Shown here: positions 1-10,674 of the stretch, piece after piece
How the letters are laid out: every line of letters begins with the position of its first letter
Position numbering within the stretch: the stretch's first letter is position 1
Assembly: GCA_010093745.1 (NCBI GenBank)
Contig: MU006000.1
Location: 1 to 64,000 of the forward strand
Source: Piedraia hortae CBS 480.64
Taxonomy: Eukaryota
DNA length: 64,000 nucleotides
Reading direction: 5' to 3'
The notes under the pieces: generated by a model
The model's database searches: none
Told to the model about the DNA's origin: nothing
What the model saw: only the letters and a program-made list of their open reading frames with translations
Translations under genes and position numbers: made by a program

Positions 1-13
1 CACATATTCCGCA

Positions 14-103
14 GATTCCAACCGATCACAGGGCTGAAACCAGCCAGATCTCAGATAGATTTTCAGTCGGTTTCAGACCGATTTCAGGCTGATTTCGTCT
101 GAT
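14..103. repeat. Degenerate ~11-bp tandem minisatellite (GATTTCAGnCy-like, about 8 units)
   Basis: Units gatctcagata, gattttcagtc, ggtttcagacc, gatttcaggct, gatttcgtct read consecutively; more degenerate units lie upstream. Confidence 0.5.
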
Positions 104-1438
104 GAGGGATTGGCTGTGTACAAGGGGGTTTTCTTGAAAGACGCGCTGTTTGCTGCTTAGCGAACAAGCAGCGTACACTATCTATTCTACGCTTTTTCTA
201 ACTGGTTTCTGACACAGGTCACCACAGTTCATCATTTTAAAGGCCATATCTGTTAAAGAAGCCTGTCTCGCGTTCAAGACGATGAGAGCAGCATTCGCAA
301 AGAAGACAGGCAGGTGTCCGAGCCTGTAATGAAGCTGTTTGTTCATCGATCTAACGAGGAGTCAGAATTTATGATGCCCAGAATTAATAATACAAGCGAG
401 ACCCGGAAACACGCGATGACAGCGTAAGAAAAACGGTGACGGTGAAAGGGTTCCTGAAACTCACCCAGTAGGGTATTAAAAATCGCGATATTGCCGCAAA
501 GCTGACCTAAGCTCGGGGGACACCACCAAGTCGCTAGATGATGCATCCTCTGGAGATGCTGACGCCTGCAGACCAGGAACGAAAAAAGAGCATGTTGATA
601 AAGCAAAAGGGATCATCATGACCAGCGACGGTCCCCGATCTCACGCCAAAGAGGGCACATATGCGGTCATCATGACCAAACAGCGTCTAATTCGTGGAAA
701 GCAGTATCAACGGAGGCCTAATGCGCACAAGGCGTACAGCGCGTCGAATGGCACGGGCAAGCAATACACCAACGCAAGCATCAGCCTGAAGCTGTCTGCA
801 CTGGATAATCCAACCGTGGATTGTGGTATCGAAGCCGCTGTTGCTCGGGGAACCCCCAAGGTCTTATCAGTAGATCAAGTGGACGCAGTATCGCAACATG
901 AGGATGTGAAATCACTGAACTTCACTGCTTTGAATTGCCTTCGTGCAGACCTTTGCAAATTTTTGTAGCAACCTCCAGCATACAGTCGCGTCTCGCCGCT
1001 CTAGAGAAGCAAGCACATGATACTTCCTCTCGTCAGGTCGAGTCTATCAACCTCCATACTCAGATGCTGTCACGTCTTTCGGATGTAGAGGGTCGTCTGG
1101 CACATTGTGCATTTGAAATTTCATGAACGATTCCTCTCGAGGCCACTGCGAAAAGAATGGGGCAGAGTGGGTGAATGCTGTTGCCATTGGGGTTTCGCGA
1201 TGAAGCGTAGTCGGCTCAACCTAACAACGGTGAATGCTGCTGCTCACGGGTGTCACCAATCACAAGACGCCATCCGCATGCGGTTCGTTGCGTTAGTTGA
1301 CCCAAAGTCCTTAGTATTCCCATTGATGCATCTCTCTTGACCTGGGTAAATATATTTTCCTCCAATGGAACGTCGCGGTGTGTTATTAGAAACTCGACCT
1401 CAGCCACAACCTAACTCTTTCTTTCTACACACGACACA

Positions 1439-3906
1439 ATGGACCAGTTGCGGCCAAAGTCGTTCGATAAACTGGAGGAGACAAATGGAGAGCTGAAGCA
1501 CAAGTCAGATGGCGAAGCTGAGGCGTTGGACGACCCGGCTAATCGTCCAGCCGCAACGGAGAAGGAAAGCCAGTCATGAGAAGCGTATTATAAACCTCAG
1601 CGCCCAAGTCCGTTAACGCCAGTTTGGACGTTGGATTTCAGAAAAACATGAACGGGTTGCTTGAGAAGGAGAACAAGGAATTGGCCGATCAGCTCAAAAC
1701 GCTGACAGAGAGCCCTGACGCAGAAGCTGCGACAGCTTATAACACTGTCAAAGCAGACTCAGAGGCAGTGATAGAGGAAAGGAACACACGGATAAATAGG
1801 GCAGATGAACTACGCACGTGGCTGCGCAATGCCCAAGATGCTCTTAAAAATTATGCTAAGGAGAAGGCCAAGACTGTGCAGATCAAACAGATGCTCGCTG
1901 AGATTGAGCAGTTCAAGAAGGAAAAGGCCGCAACTCCCGGCTCAAGACCGGACGATTCTCAGCTTGGGCAGGAGCTGAAACGTGTGCAGCAAGCGTTAAA
2001 CGGACAGCAAGAACAGCTTAGTTTCGCGGTGGCTAGAACCCAAGCCCTGCGTGAGGCCAAACAGATATTGGAGACTGAGATTATGCGGATGACAGAGAAG
2101 TTGGACCAGGCTAAGGTGTACGTTTTGGATCTAGAGCTGAAAAGTTCTCAGGCAGAGGAGGCAGCTAACGCGGCGCGTCAAGCCTTGTGCGACCAAAAAG
2201 AACAGCTAAAAATTGAATCAGACGGAAAGACGGCTACCCAAAGCGCCGAGGTGGAGAGCTCAAGGGCACAAGCTGCGAACGCACAGAAGAAAGCGGCTGA
2301 GCTGCATAACAGGGTCAACTAGCTCACCGAGGAGATATGTCGCGTCAGAGCAAATTTGAGGATCAGAAAAAGGAAAACGCAAAAATCACCTCGAAGAGCA
2401 ACGGGTTGCTTGCCGAGAATGAACGGCTGAAGGAGAATTGCGACAAGGTTGCCAAACGCTCAGATGGAGGTGACAAGCTGATTGAGCAGCTTCGCGAAGC
2501 CAAAGATCGGCTTAAAAAGGGAGAAGAAACGACTGCTGCGATGACGAGGAAGGTCAGCGTTTGCTCGCTGACCATGGGACATTAGAAGCCGAAAATGCTG
2601 TGATTGCCGAGAAGTTGAGAAAATCTCAAACTACGATAGTAGGTCTGAAAAAGCAGCTATATCGGAACGCAAGCGTGCGACAGACGCAGTTGCTGAGAAA
2701 TCCGAGGCTGACGTCCGGTCTCGTCTAGCAGATCAGATCAGCAGGAGCGCAACACCAAGCTTGAAGCAGACAACAAGCGCCTGGCAGCTGAGGGCAAACT
2801 ACGCAAGGAAGGCAAGGATCGCGCAATTGCTCGAGCCACCACGCCAGAGAGCGAAGCAAAAGAGGAGGCAGCTGTGCTTCAGAACAAGGTCGACAAGCTG
2901 ACCGAGAAGATATGCAGCTCCAGAGAGACCTCGAGGGTCAAAAGAAGAAAAACGAAGAAATCGCTGTAAGTCATAAGGAGCTGCTCCCCGAAAATGGACG
3001 TCAGAGAGAAAATCGCGACAAGGTCGCCAGGTGCTCAGACGAAGATAACAAGTTCACTGAAGAGCGTTGTGAGGCCAAGGATCGGTTTCAAAGGATTGCT
3101 GCTGAGATGACGGAAAGCCGGTGTTTGCTTGCTCTCAATGAGGCGTCTGAAGCCGAAAAGGCAGACGCCGTTGAGAAGCTGAGCGAAGTCCAGACTGACA
3201 TGGCAGATCTGGGAGAGCAGCTCACGTCGTAGTGCAAGCGTTTGGCAGACCCCGTTGCTGCCGCCGAGCAGACTGCCAGTGACATCCGGCCTCGGCTTGC
3301 GGATCAGCAGGAACGCAACGCCAAGTTCGAAACAAGCGGTAAGCGCCTGGCTGCCGGAAACAAACAACTCGAGGAAGGCAAATATCGTGCCATCGCTCAA
3401 GTCACAACAGCTAGGAGCGGAAATCTTGAGGTCATAACGCAACTCAGGATCAAGGCAGACACTCTTGAAGCTCGTGTGCAAGACACTGCCAGAGAACTGG
3501 ACACTGCGAGGGCAGATCTCAGAGTCCGAGATAATACCATCGCCCATTTAAACCTGCGCAAATAAGAGGAGCGGAATCGCATCACGAAACTCCGGGAGGA
3601 GCTCAAGGCATTAAAAGAACACGCCGACAAGTATGAGCTTAAGATGGACGCGGTTGAAGATAATATAGCCAACCTGCAAAGGGAGAAGGTCACCCGAAGC
3701 AAAATCAAGACCAAGTTATGAGGTGGGTCGCGGAACAGAAGAAGGACAGCGACATGGTGCAAGCCAAAATTGAGAGTATGAAGAGGGACAAGGCGCAAGT
3801 CGCAAAGTACATTGCAAAACTGGGCAAACAAAGCATGGAGCTGAAGAAGTTGATACTCGAAGGTCCGGTATTTTCCTATGTACGGCATAGTCTCGTTTCT
3901 TTTTAA
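1439..3906 (+). pseudogene. Decayed long coiled-coil protein gene with internal ~575-bp duplication
   Basis: Consecutive E/K/Q/A/L-rich heptad ORFs (1624-2322, 2337-2585, 2912-3232, 3242-3565, 3718-3906) are broken by stops and frameshifts with no splice signals to bridge them. 2305-2880 is homologous to 2881-3430. Confidence 0.7.
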
Positions 3907-4150
3907 CTTCCAGTTATCTTGCCATTATTCACAATGCGTCGATGTTTGCTCGTGATTGCAGTAAGGTCTTGTGTAAGTGCCAAATCTTTCTAATCCTGAG
4001 CACATCAGCAATGTCGCTCTTTCAAGCACCAATGGCTTGAGCTGCTGAACGCACATATTGCCAAACCGCAAACACGCAGAACAAACGCAATCCACGTTTA
4101 AGAAGTGTCTTGCCTCTGCCTCATACACTGACCATTTACCAATCCAAAGC

Positions 4151-4596
4151 ATGGCTAATCCAGTCATGTTGAATCTTACCATTAAGCCCAGTAAACACGT
4201 CCATACTGTCGCTTAAGGACGCAAGCTGACCAAGACCGGACAGAGCAAGAAGATCAAACGTTTATGGTAGTAATTTCCTCATCGGAGACTGTGTCCGCTC
4301 TCAAGAGCAGGATTTACAAAGATGCAAACCTTCCTCCGTGCCAACAGGTTCTCATTTGGCGGGGGTTCCTTTTGCAAGATGACGGGAAGCTGAGCGACTA
4401 CTCTGTAAATGCCGAAGAGCCGATATATGTTGCAAAGACAGTGGGCAATAGAAATCCGGAACGTTGTGGTCGCTGCGTCTGTACGAAAATGCCGCCCGAG
4501 GTTGAAGAGACGGATGGTGAAAATGGACACTCTGCGGATAAGAGTGTTCATGATGTAGAAACGCAAAAGGTCAAAGCAAGTTGGATGCTTTTGTAG
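4151..4596 (+). CDS. Ubiquitin-like domain protein with C-terminal CGRCxCT motif (intron 4191-4243)
   Basis: Spliced product MANPVMLNLTIKPKQEDQTFMVVISSSETVSALKSRIYKDANLPPCQQVLIWRGFLLQDDGKLSDYSV has the Dsk2/Rad23-type Ubl pattern. The intron gtaaac..gctgac..cag joins in frame. Confidence 0.75.
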
Positions 4597-4722
4597 CGTT
4601 TCGCACATTAAAGTTTGATGAGTTAAAGTGTTATAGTTGTGAGTAGATGTGTACCAGTATGCATACAGGTCTCTACGAAAAATTAGTTGACGCGTCAAGT
4701 CGAGTGCCGAGCGCCGATTACT

Positions 4723-4872
4723 AATAATGCGTGTAGTATATCGCATCTTCGCAACATGGAGGATGTGTCACGTAATGATCATGAACAACGTACCCTCATG
4801 TATTCAGTATAGATACCTATACAAATATTCAAGTCTCAGTGTACTCACACTATCAGTTTGTCCCCTTTAACT
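4723..4872 (+). repeat. Dispersed repeat, probably LTR-derived; homologous to reverse complement of 39375-39727
   Basis: Blocks gatgtgtcacgtaatgatcatgaacaacgtaccctc and gtctcagtgtactcacactatcagtttgtcccctttaact match the reverse complement of 39630-39666 and 39375-39415. Confidence 0.7.
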
Positions 4873-5545
4873 CGATGAGAGCGTGACCTGCTCCATTTGA
4901 GTTAACCTTTTGAGTTGCCCGCTTTTCCACTCGTCTATACGGTGGTGCCTGAAAATTCCACCAACAAAGTTCCTCAAAGTCCCAGTTTCCAAACCTCGTT
5001 CGCTCTGAATACTGTACCTGGCATGCATCACAGGTTTAGTAAAGATCTCGCTCTGTTTGATGTGACTCGCGCCGGTACACTTGTATGCACTGGCACACTC
5101 TCACGTCCAAGTTACAACAATCTCGCCTGACACGTTTTCACAAGTTTCATCGCGGAAGAGTTCCGCTGAAAGACTTCGCCCCCCACTCGACAACCACACA
5201 CCCACACAACACAACGTAACACAATGCGTCCTCCAATCACGATCTTCCCTCTACGATGCTAGTTAGACCTGAGATGGGCTAGGGGCATCAAATATATCAC
5301 CGCCAGGCTTTCCCCGCCGCCCTTACCTGGGGCCGGAGAGGAAAAGAGTTGTCATCTCACCGGTAGACGGCTCGAGATCGTAATGGAATTCGCGGGCAGA
5401 GTGCAAGGAAGAGAGGGCAAAGTCATCGCTGAGTCTGCTCTGAGCCCGTGAATTAGAGCGCGGGTGGATGAGGGGGACGAGGAGGAAGGAACGGCAAGGA
5501 TGGCAGCAACCGAGTCTGATCAGGCAGGGATATGACGACACACGA

Positions 5546-5905
5546 GCAAACAATAATTTCAACTCAACTATTAGTATTTTGTCAATATCAGCAGTTCCTC
5601 CTTGCTCAGTGGCAGCATTACTGGAAGAATCATCCACTGGAACTCGATCAAATGCATCTTTGCGTCAGAAGTGTTCGGCGTGGCGGACGGCATCGACATT
5701 GGCTTACAAATCTTAACCACGATGAAAAGGGTCTCTGGATCTACCAATCATCCATCCCGGCAGGTGCACAGATTTCTGATCGAACTTTGACAAATCAGAA
5801 ACAAAGAAAAAAACTACAACTATACAATCTTATGAGCAACTTGAAATTTTGAACCTTCATTGGATCGCTGGAGACGACAATTCCGCAGACATTCATGAAA
5901 ACCAA
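5546..5905 (+). mobile_element. Degenerate Ty1/copia retrotransposon RNase H relic
   Basis: Frameshifted peptides ANNNFNS, GRIIHWNSIKC, IFASEVFGVADGIDIG, CTDF*S and IQSYEQLEILNLHWIAGDDNSAD occur in the order of the fungal copia RNase H motifs (FANN..., IIHWSSxKC, LAxELYGMxxGFDIG, CTDSKS, RQSYERREI..WIxGxxNPAD). Confidence 0.8.
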
Positions 5906-6429
5906 GCAAGACTGTGCGCCAAAACCCAAGAACTGGTCAATTGTTGCTACCACTGGCCGTGCCAGAGTAACGCTAAAGCAACTGAAACACAATTCATGAG
6001 TCCGAGGAAGTATGGAGTTACATTCTCCTATCTCGGAGAGCCTGAACAGTGCCCCACCGACTTTCTAAAAACACTCTACTGTTGGGGTGCGCATCGCCAC
6101 ACAACATTTCCACTGCCCGACGGAGGTCGCCTTTCTGCGCCGACAGCACTATCGCTACGCCCACAACGACTCCGACTTAAACGGCCATCAAGAAGACAAA
6201 AGCTCTAATGTGGTGATGTGGTACCGAAGAAACATGCGGCTGTCTCCTACCCTATTTGGTCGTCTCCGTTCCACGGTGCAAGTTCACGAGATTGTTGTCT
6301 GCACGAAGGACCTTTGGATCTCACCTTCCAGGGTCATCGCCATCTGCCAACACAGCATCAAAATCGACTATGACATTCAGGCAAAGCATGTTGAGAAGCC
6401 ATACGCTGTTCCATCTGTGCACGGATACG

Positions 6430-6775
6430 TGTAGGACGCACTAGCACGGTGAGCCCTTTATCAGATGAGGTAGATAGGACGCCCGAGGCTTCGCAGGGTT
6501 TTCTGCCTCATAGAGGAGTTTCCCCCTGTGACGAGGTCACGTCATTTCGTGGTCTCGGCAAATGCGGTCTGGCCAACTGTGGGTCTGTGGAGGACGTTGC
6601 GTTAGCTCTCGGCACGTAGAGACGTACACAGTTACGCATACCTCTTCGCCCATACTTCACGTCTTACACACCCAGGGAGGACTCGGTGCCCTTTTATCAA
6701 TCACTGTCCACTCTGACAATCACATGGGCCGCGCACGATAGCGCTTGGTAACGCACTTCATGTCAGCCAGTTACA
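6430..6775 (+). mobile_element. Diverged LTR-like relic (boundaries tentative)
   Basis: Core 6496-6572 resembles the core of the solo LTR at 55875-55935 and is close to the reverse complement of 42034-42111. Possible TGTAGG...TTACA ends; no target-site duplication seen. Confidence 0.45.
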
Positions 6776-8518
6776 AGCGGAAGGTAGACAGCCTGGACGA
6801 AGATGATTTTGAATCCTGCAGATAGGAACGGCCCGTTAGGCAATAGCAACTGCCAGACTGAACCCGTTCGGTCAGTGGATGATCAATAGTTACTACCCAG
6901 ACCTCCCGCTGTACGTTTACCCAATTGTTGTGGGATTGGTACAGGCTACCTGGTGGAGAAGTGTCGGTTGCTGTGAGCGCGTGCTTTGCAGGACGGTCGA
7001 GAGCCAGTTCTTTTAAGAGCCCTCCGAGATACATCGAGAGCGGATGGTGAACATGACGCTGCGATAGCTGACCTCGATGAGGCTTGCCTAGAGTGCTGCA
7101 TCTCGCTGTTGGATGACAAAGCCGGGGATTGACGATACATCAAACAAGCCCGCATCGATCAAGATTGCGCAGTTCCTGCCAGTGGAGAGGATTTTCTCGT
7201 GTGTGTGGATACCCTCTGAGCAGTCCTGTTGACATGCACTATTGTTTCTTACCAGAGAGATGCGGTCCATGGCTGGTTAGACACGCGATAAGCTATCGCC
7301 GCCAAAACTATACCACCTTCTAGAAAGCCATACAGTCACACCAGTTGCAAGGAGAACATTACGCCGCGATATATCATAACCTCTGATTTGATGGGTAACA
7401 TTATAAAAGAACGCACGGACAAGATGCTCCCGCCCTCCGACCTGATCGCCTCAAAGACCTCCGCCGAATCCAGCCGGGCAACTCAATGGGTTTGGATGAA
7501 CTCTAAGGTGCTTCATCGCCTGACCATGACCTCAGAATCCTCTTCTACCATCAAATCTAGGCAGACCACCCAATTAGTTTAGTTAGAACGCTGAAGAGAA
7601 TATTGTATATTATAAGGTGCACGTCTCCGTCACCCTTCCATTCGGGCGACAGGATTTTTTACAATATCGTGTTGGGAGGGACTTATGATGTGGGCTGGGG
7701 TGGATGATTTTGATCAGCATTGATTTGGATAGTCCTCCGATAGTCCTCCCAAGGAGGCATGGGTAGAGACGTGAGGATTATGTTGTCTTGTTTGGCTCGC
7801 TGCCATGCATTCCCGTGAGATCGCTGTGTAGCTTGATATTTGGACGTGATTCGAAGCGTCGAATATACCCTAAAGCTAGGCCTAAGTCTAACTCGGAAAG
7901 AAACGAATCCCATCGGTGATGTATCCTCGTATGACTAGTCGGTTCTGTAAAGACTCCCTCATAGGTGGTTTACAACATCCCATGCAATTCACAGCTGATC
8001 GAGAGTTACGAAACCCTGTTGGAGATCTCAAATCGTATATACATCGACTAACAGCGGAGGGAGCAAGATTGGGCATATTTCTGTGAAATGTCGGATTTGA
8101 CCTACGGCTCACCAATCGTGGAAACCTGTGGAACGCCCACACTAGCAACTCATTTGGTGGATTTAATAGGAGAGAGAAATATGACTCTACTGTGGATACC
8201 GTTCGAACGGGTAACTGACGTTATTCCGGAAATTGTTGTTGCTCGTTATCTCTTCATCCAAGGCGTGATCGAGATTCAATCTCACAGTATAGCTGGTAGA
8301 TGGCTGGCAAGAATTCCCCTTGGTAGAGTACCTGCTCAGTCCTCCCTATCCATGGATGGAGTGGTAGAGGCGGAGCCGCAATCACGTATACACTCAGAGC
8401 TCCTATAGTCTGCCCGCAAAAGCAGAGAATATCAATTCCACAAATGCAAATTCATACCGTCATATCTACTCCCACGCAACAAACAATTTCCACTCTCATC
8501 ATATCCATATCATTCCCT

Positions 8519-10341
8519 TCACCGCCTATACCTATCCCTTTCAACATAAACATCACGTTCATATTCACGTTCATAGTCGCGATCGCGGTTCCGCGCAATG
8601 GGGGGAGGAGGGAGCATTCTCTGCGGAGCATCGTACTCTTCACGTTCGAGTTGGATTTCCTTGATGCGTTGACGACGTTCTTTTCGTATATCAGTTGATA
8701 GCTGTACCAGACGGCGAACATCATCCTGGATGGTATGTTAGATGGGACGGTGAGATGGATGGAAAGACTTACGTAACGGAGGTACTGCATGACGAAGAAA
8801 TAGTCTTCGGTTTCTTCGTAGTCGTAGCCGAGGGTTTCGAGGGCTTCTTTGAGGACGAGATCTTTGGTCACTTCGGTCCACATGCGGTCTCGTTTTGGAC
8901 GGGGAGCGGGCTGTTGTTCTTCCACGACGCGTCGTTCGGTGATACGCGTTTCGCGGAGCTCGGTCTCAGGCGGTTCGACAGCCGGCGCTGGCGGAGGGGC
9001 CACAGCTGGAGGGGCGGCTGGGGCAGGTGGAGGTTCGATTATGTTACCGTAACGATCTTCGTAGACGCGTTCGCCCGAGGAATATTTGGCCCGACGTTCA
9101 CCGGCATAGCGGTCCCAGAATATTTCCTGCTGGCCGCCTCCAACGCCATCCATACGCACACGTTCGGTGCCAGGCGGGACGTCCACGAGCCCCCAATCCC
9201 GCGTGGCGCCGTTCCAAGCCTCGCCAGGGTAGGCTCGGTCCCTCACACGGCGGTTGTAGTAGTCGGCTTCAGCGACAAATTCGTCGTCGTACACGCGTCG
9301 GTGCGGAGAAGGGGAGCGTCTTGGCCTAGACGCAGAACGGTTACGGTGCGTGCTCATGCTAGGAGACCGATGCTTATCCTCTTTTTCAATCAAAATCTTT
9401 TCCTTATATGGCTCCCCGTTCCGGGTGCCTTGGCGTCGAATTTCAATTTCGAGATCATCCTCCCTTGGCGGCGAGGGAGGAGCAGGAGGAGGAGGCGTTG
9501 GGCTTCTCGCTCGCTGCACGCCGTGATCGATGGTGCGGCGGTGGGTGATGACTTCCTGAATGATTGGCGGCCGCACAATCGGAGACGGAGGCGATGGTGA
9601 TCGGGGTGCCGGTGGAGGCTCAGGCGATGGACTACGTTCCTTGCGTCGGATGATGATTTCTTCCTTGGTATCGTCCCGAGGAGGCGGAGGTGTATGGGCA
9701 GAAGACCCCCGACGGGGCCGGACGACCCATTCCTCGTTCTTTCGAGCTACGAGGGTCGGCCTCGGACGGCTGGTAGAACGTTCGATTTCAATACGTTCAC
9801 GACGCACTTCCCGCACCGGGGATCGGTGGCGCGGCTCGTCGATGGGAGGATCTCCTGCGCCGCGGCGGAAACGAATCTCGTCGACCTCCCGTCCGGGATC
9901 TTTCCGCACAGTAATGTCGAGCTCCTCGTCACGATCGCGGGGTGCAGGACGGGAGCGGGTTCTCTCACGAATCACCTGTTCCTTTTCCACATATTCTCGC
10001 CTCGGCGCTCTCGCGGTTTCCCGCTCCTTGTAGATGAATTCATCCCGCTCTGGCATACGAGTGCGGACCGTTTCAGTGCTGCGTTTGCGCGCAGGAGCAC
10101 GGCTGTAGACGTCATCTTCGCGCTCCTCCCGCCGCACGACGATAGCACCGGCGTTCGACTTCCGGTCATAGTCATCACGGAGAAAGTCGGGCACACGAGG
10201 TCTGCTCCGTTCACGCCGCTCCTCCACTATGACGTCGGCCCGCGGGGCTCGAGACACACGGGAGCGGCCGTCTACGTGGTCATAGTCGCGTTCGCGACGG
10301 TAGACGTCAGTCTCCTCGTACCTGTAATCGCGACGAGACAT
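8519..10341 (-). CDS. Conserved fungal Arg/Glu/Pro-rich protein with C-terminal MWTEVTKDLV..EA...GYDYEE domain (intron 8726-8772)
   Basis: Long ORF, likely starting at MSRRDYRYEE. The gtaagt..ctaac..cag intron restores QYLRY|DDVRRLVQLS and a TGA at 8519. Confidence 0.8.
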
Positions 10342-10674
10342 GTTGCTGGAGGAAGAGAAACCGGCGGCGGGTAGGTGGTGGGCGCTTGGGCGCCATGCCG
10401 TCATCTCGCATCTCACGTGAGAATCAAACAACGTCAAACTGGATGGCGGAGGGATGAAATTAGACCAGATTGTCGGTGATGTTACCTGTCCTTGCTGCTT
10501 GCTGCTTGCTACTTGCTTTCTGCTGTCTGTCTTGCTGTCTCCATTCTTGCACACTCACAGTGCTGGAAAGCGGTCTATCGGCGCAAGACGCATATAGTTA
10601 TCAGCGCATCACGTAAGATCGTTGTTTTTCTGACATGTGAATGCTGTCATCTCCGCACGTGCCAAGACGTCGGT

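Noticed and set aside
618..1340. Short ORFs with a possible splice acceptor at 968
   Set aside because: No consistent gene model or domain; possibly decayed coding sequence, but not supportable.
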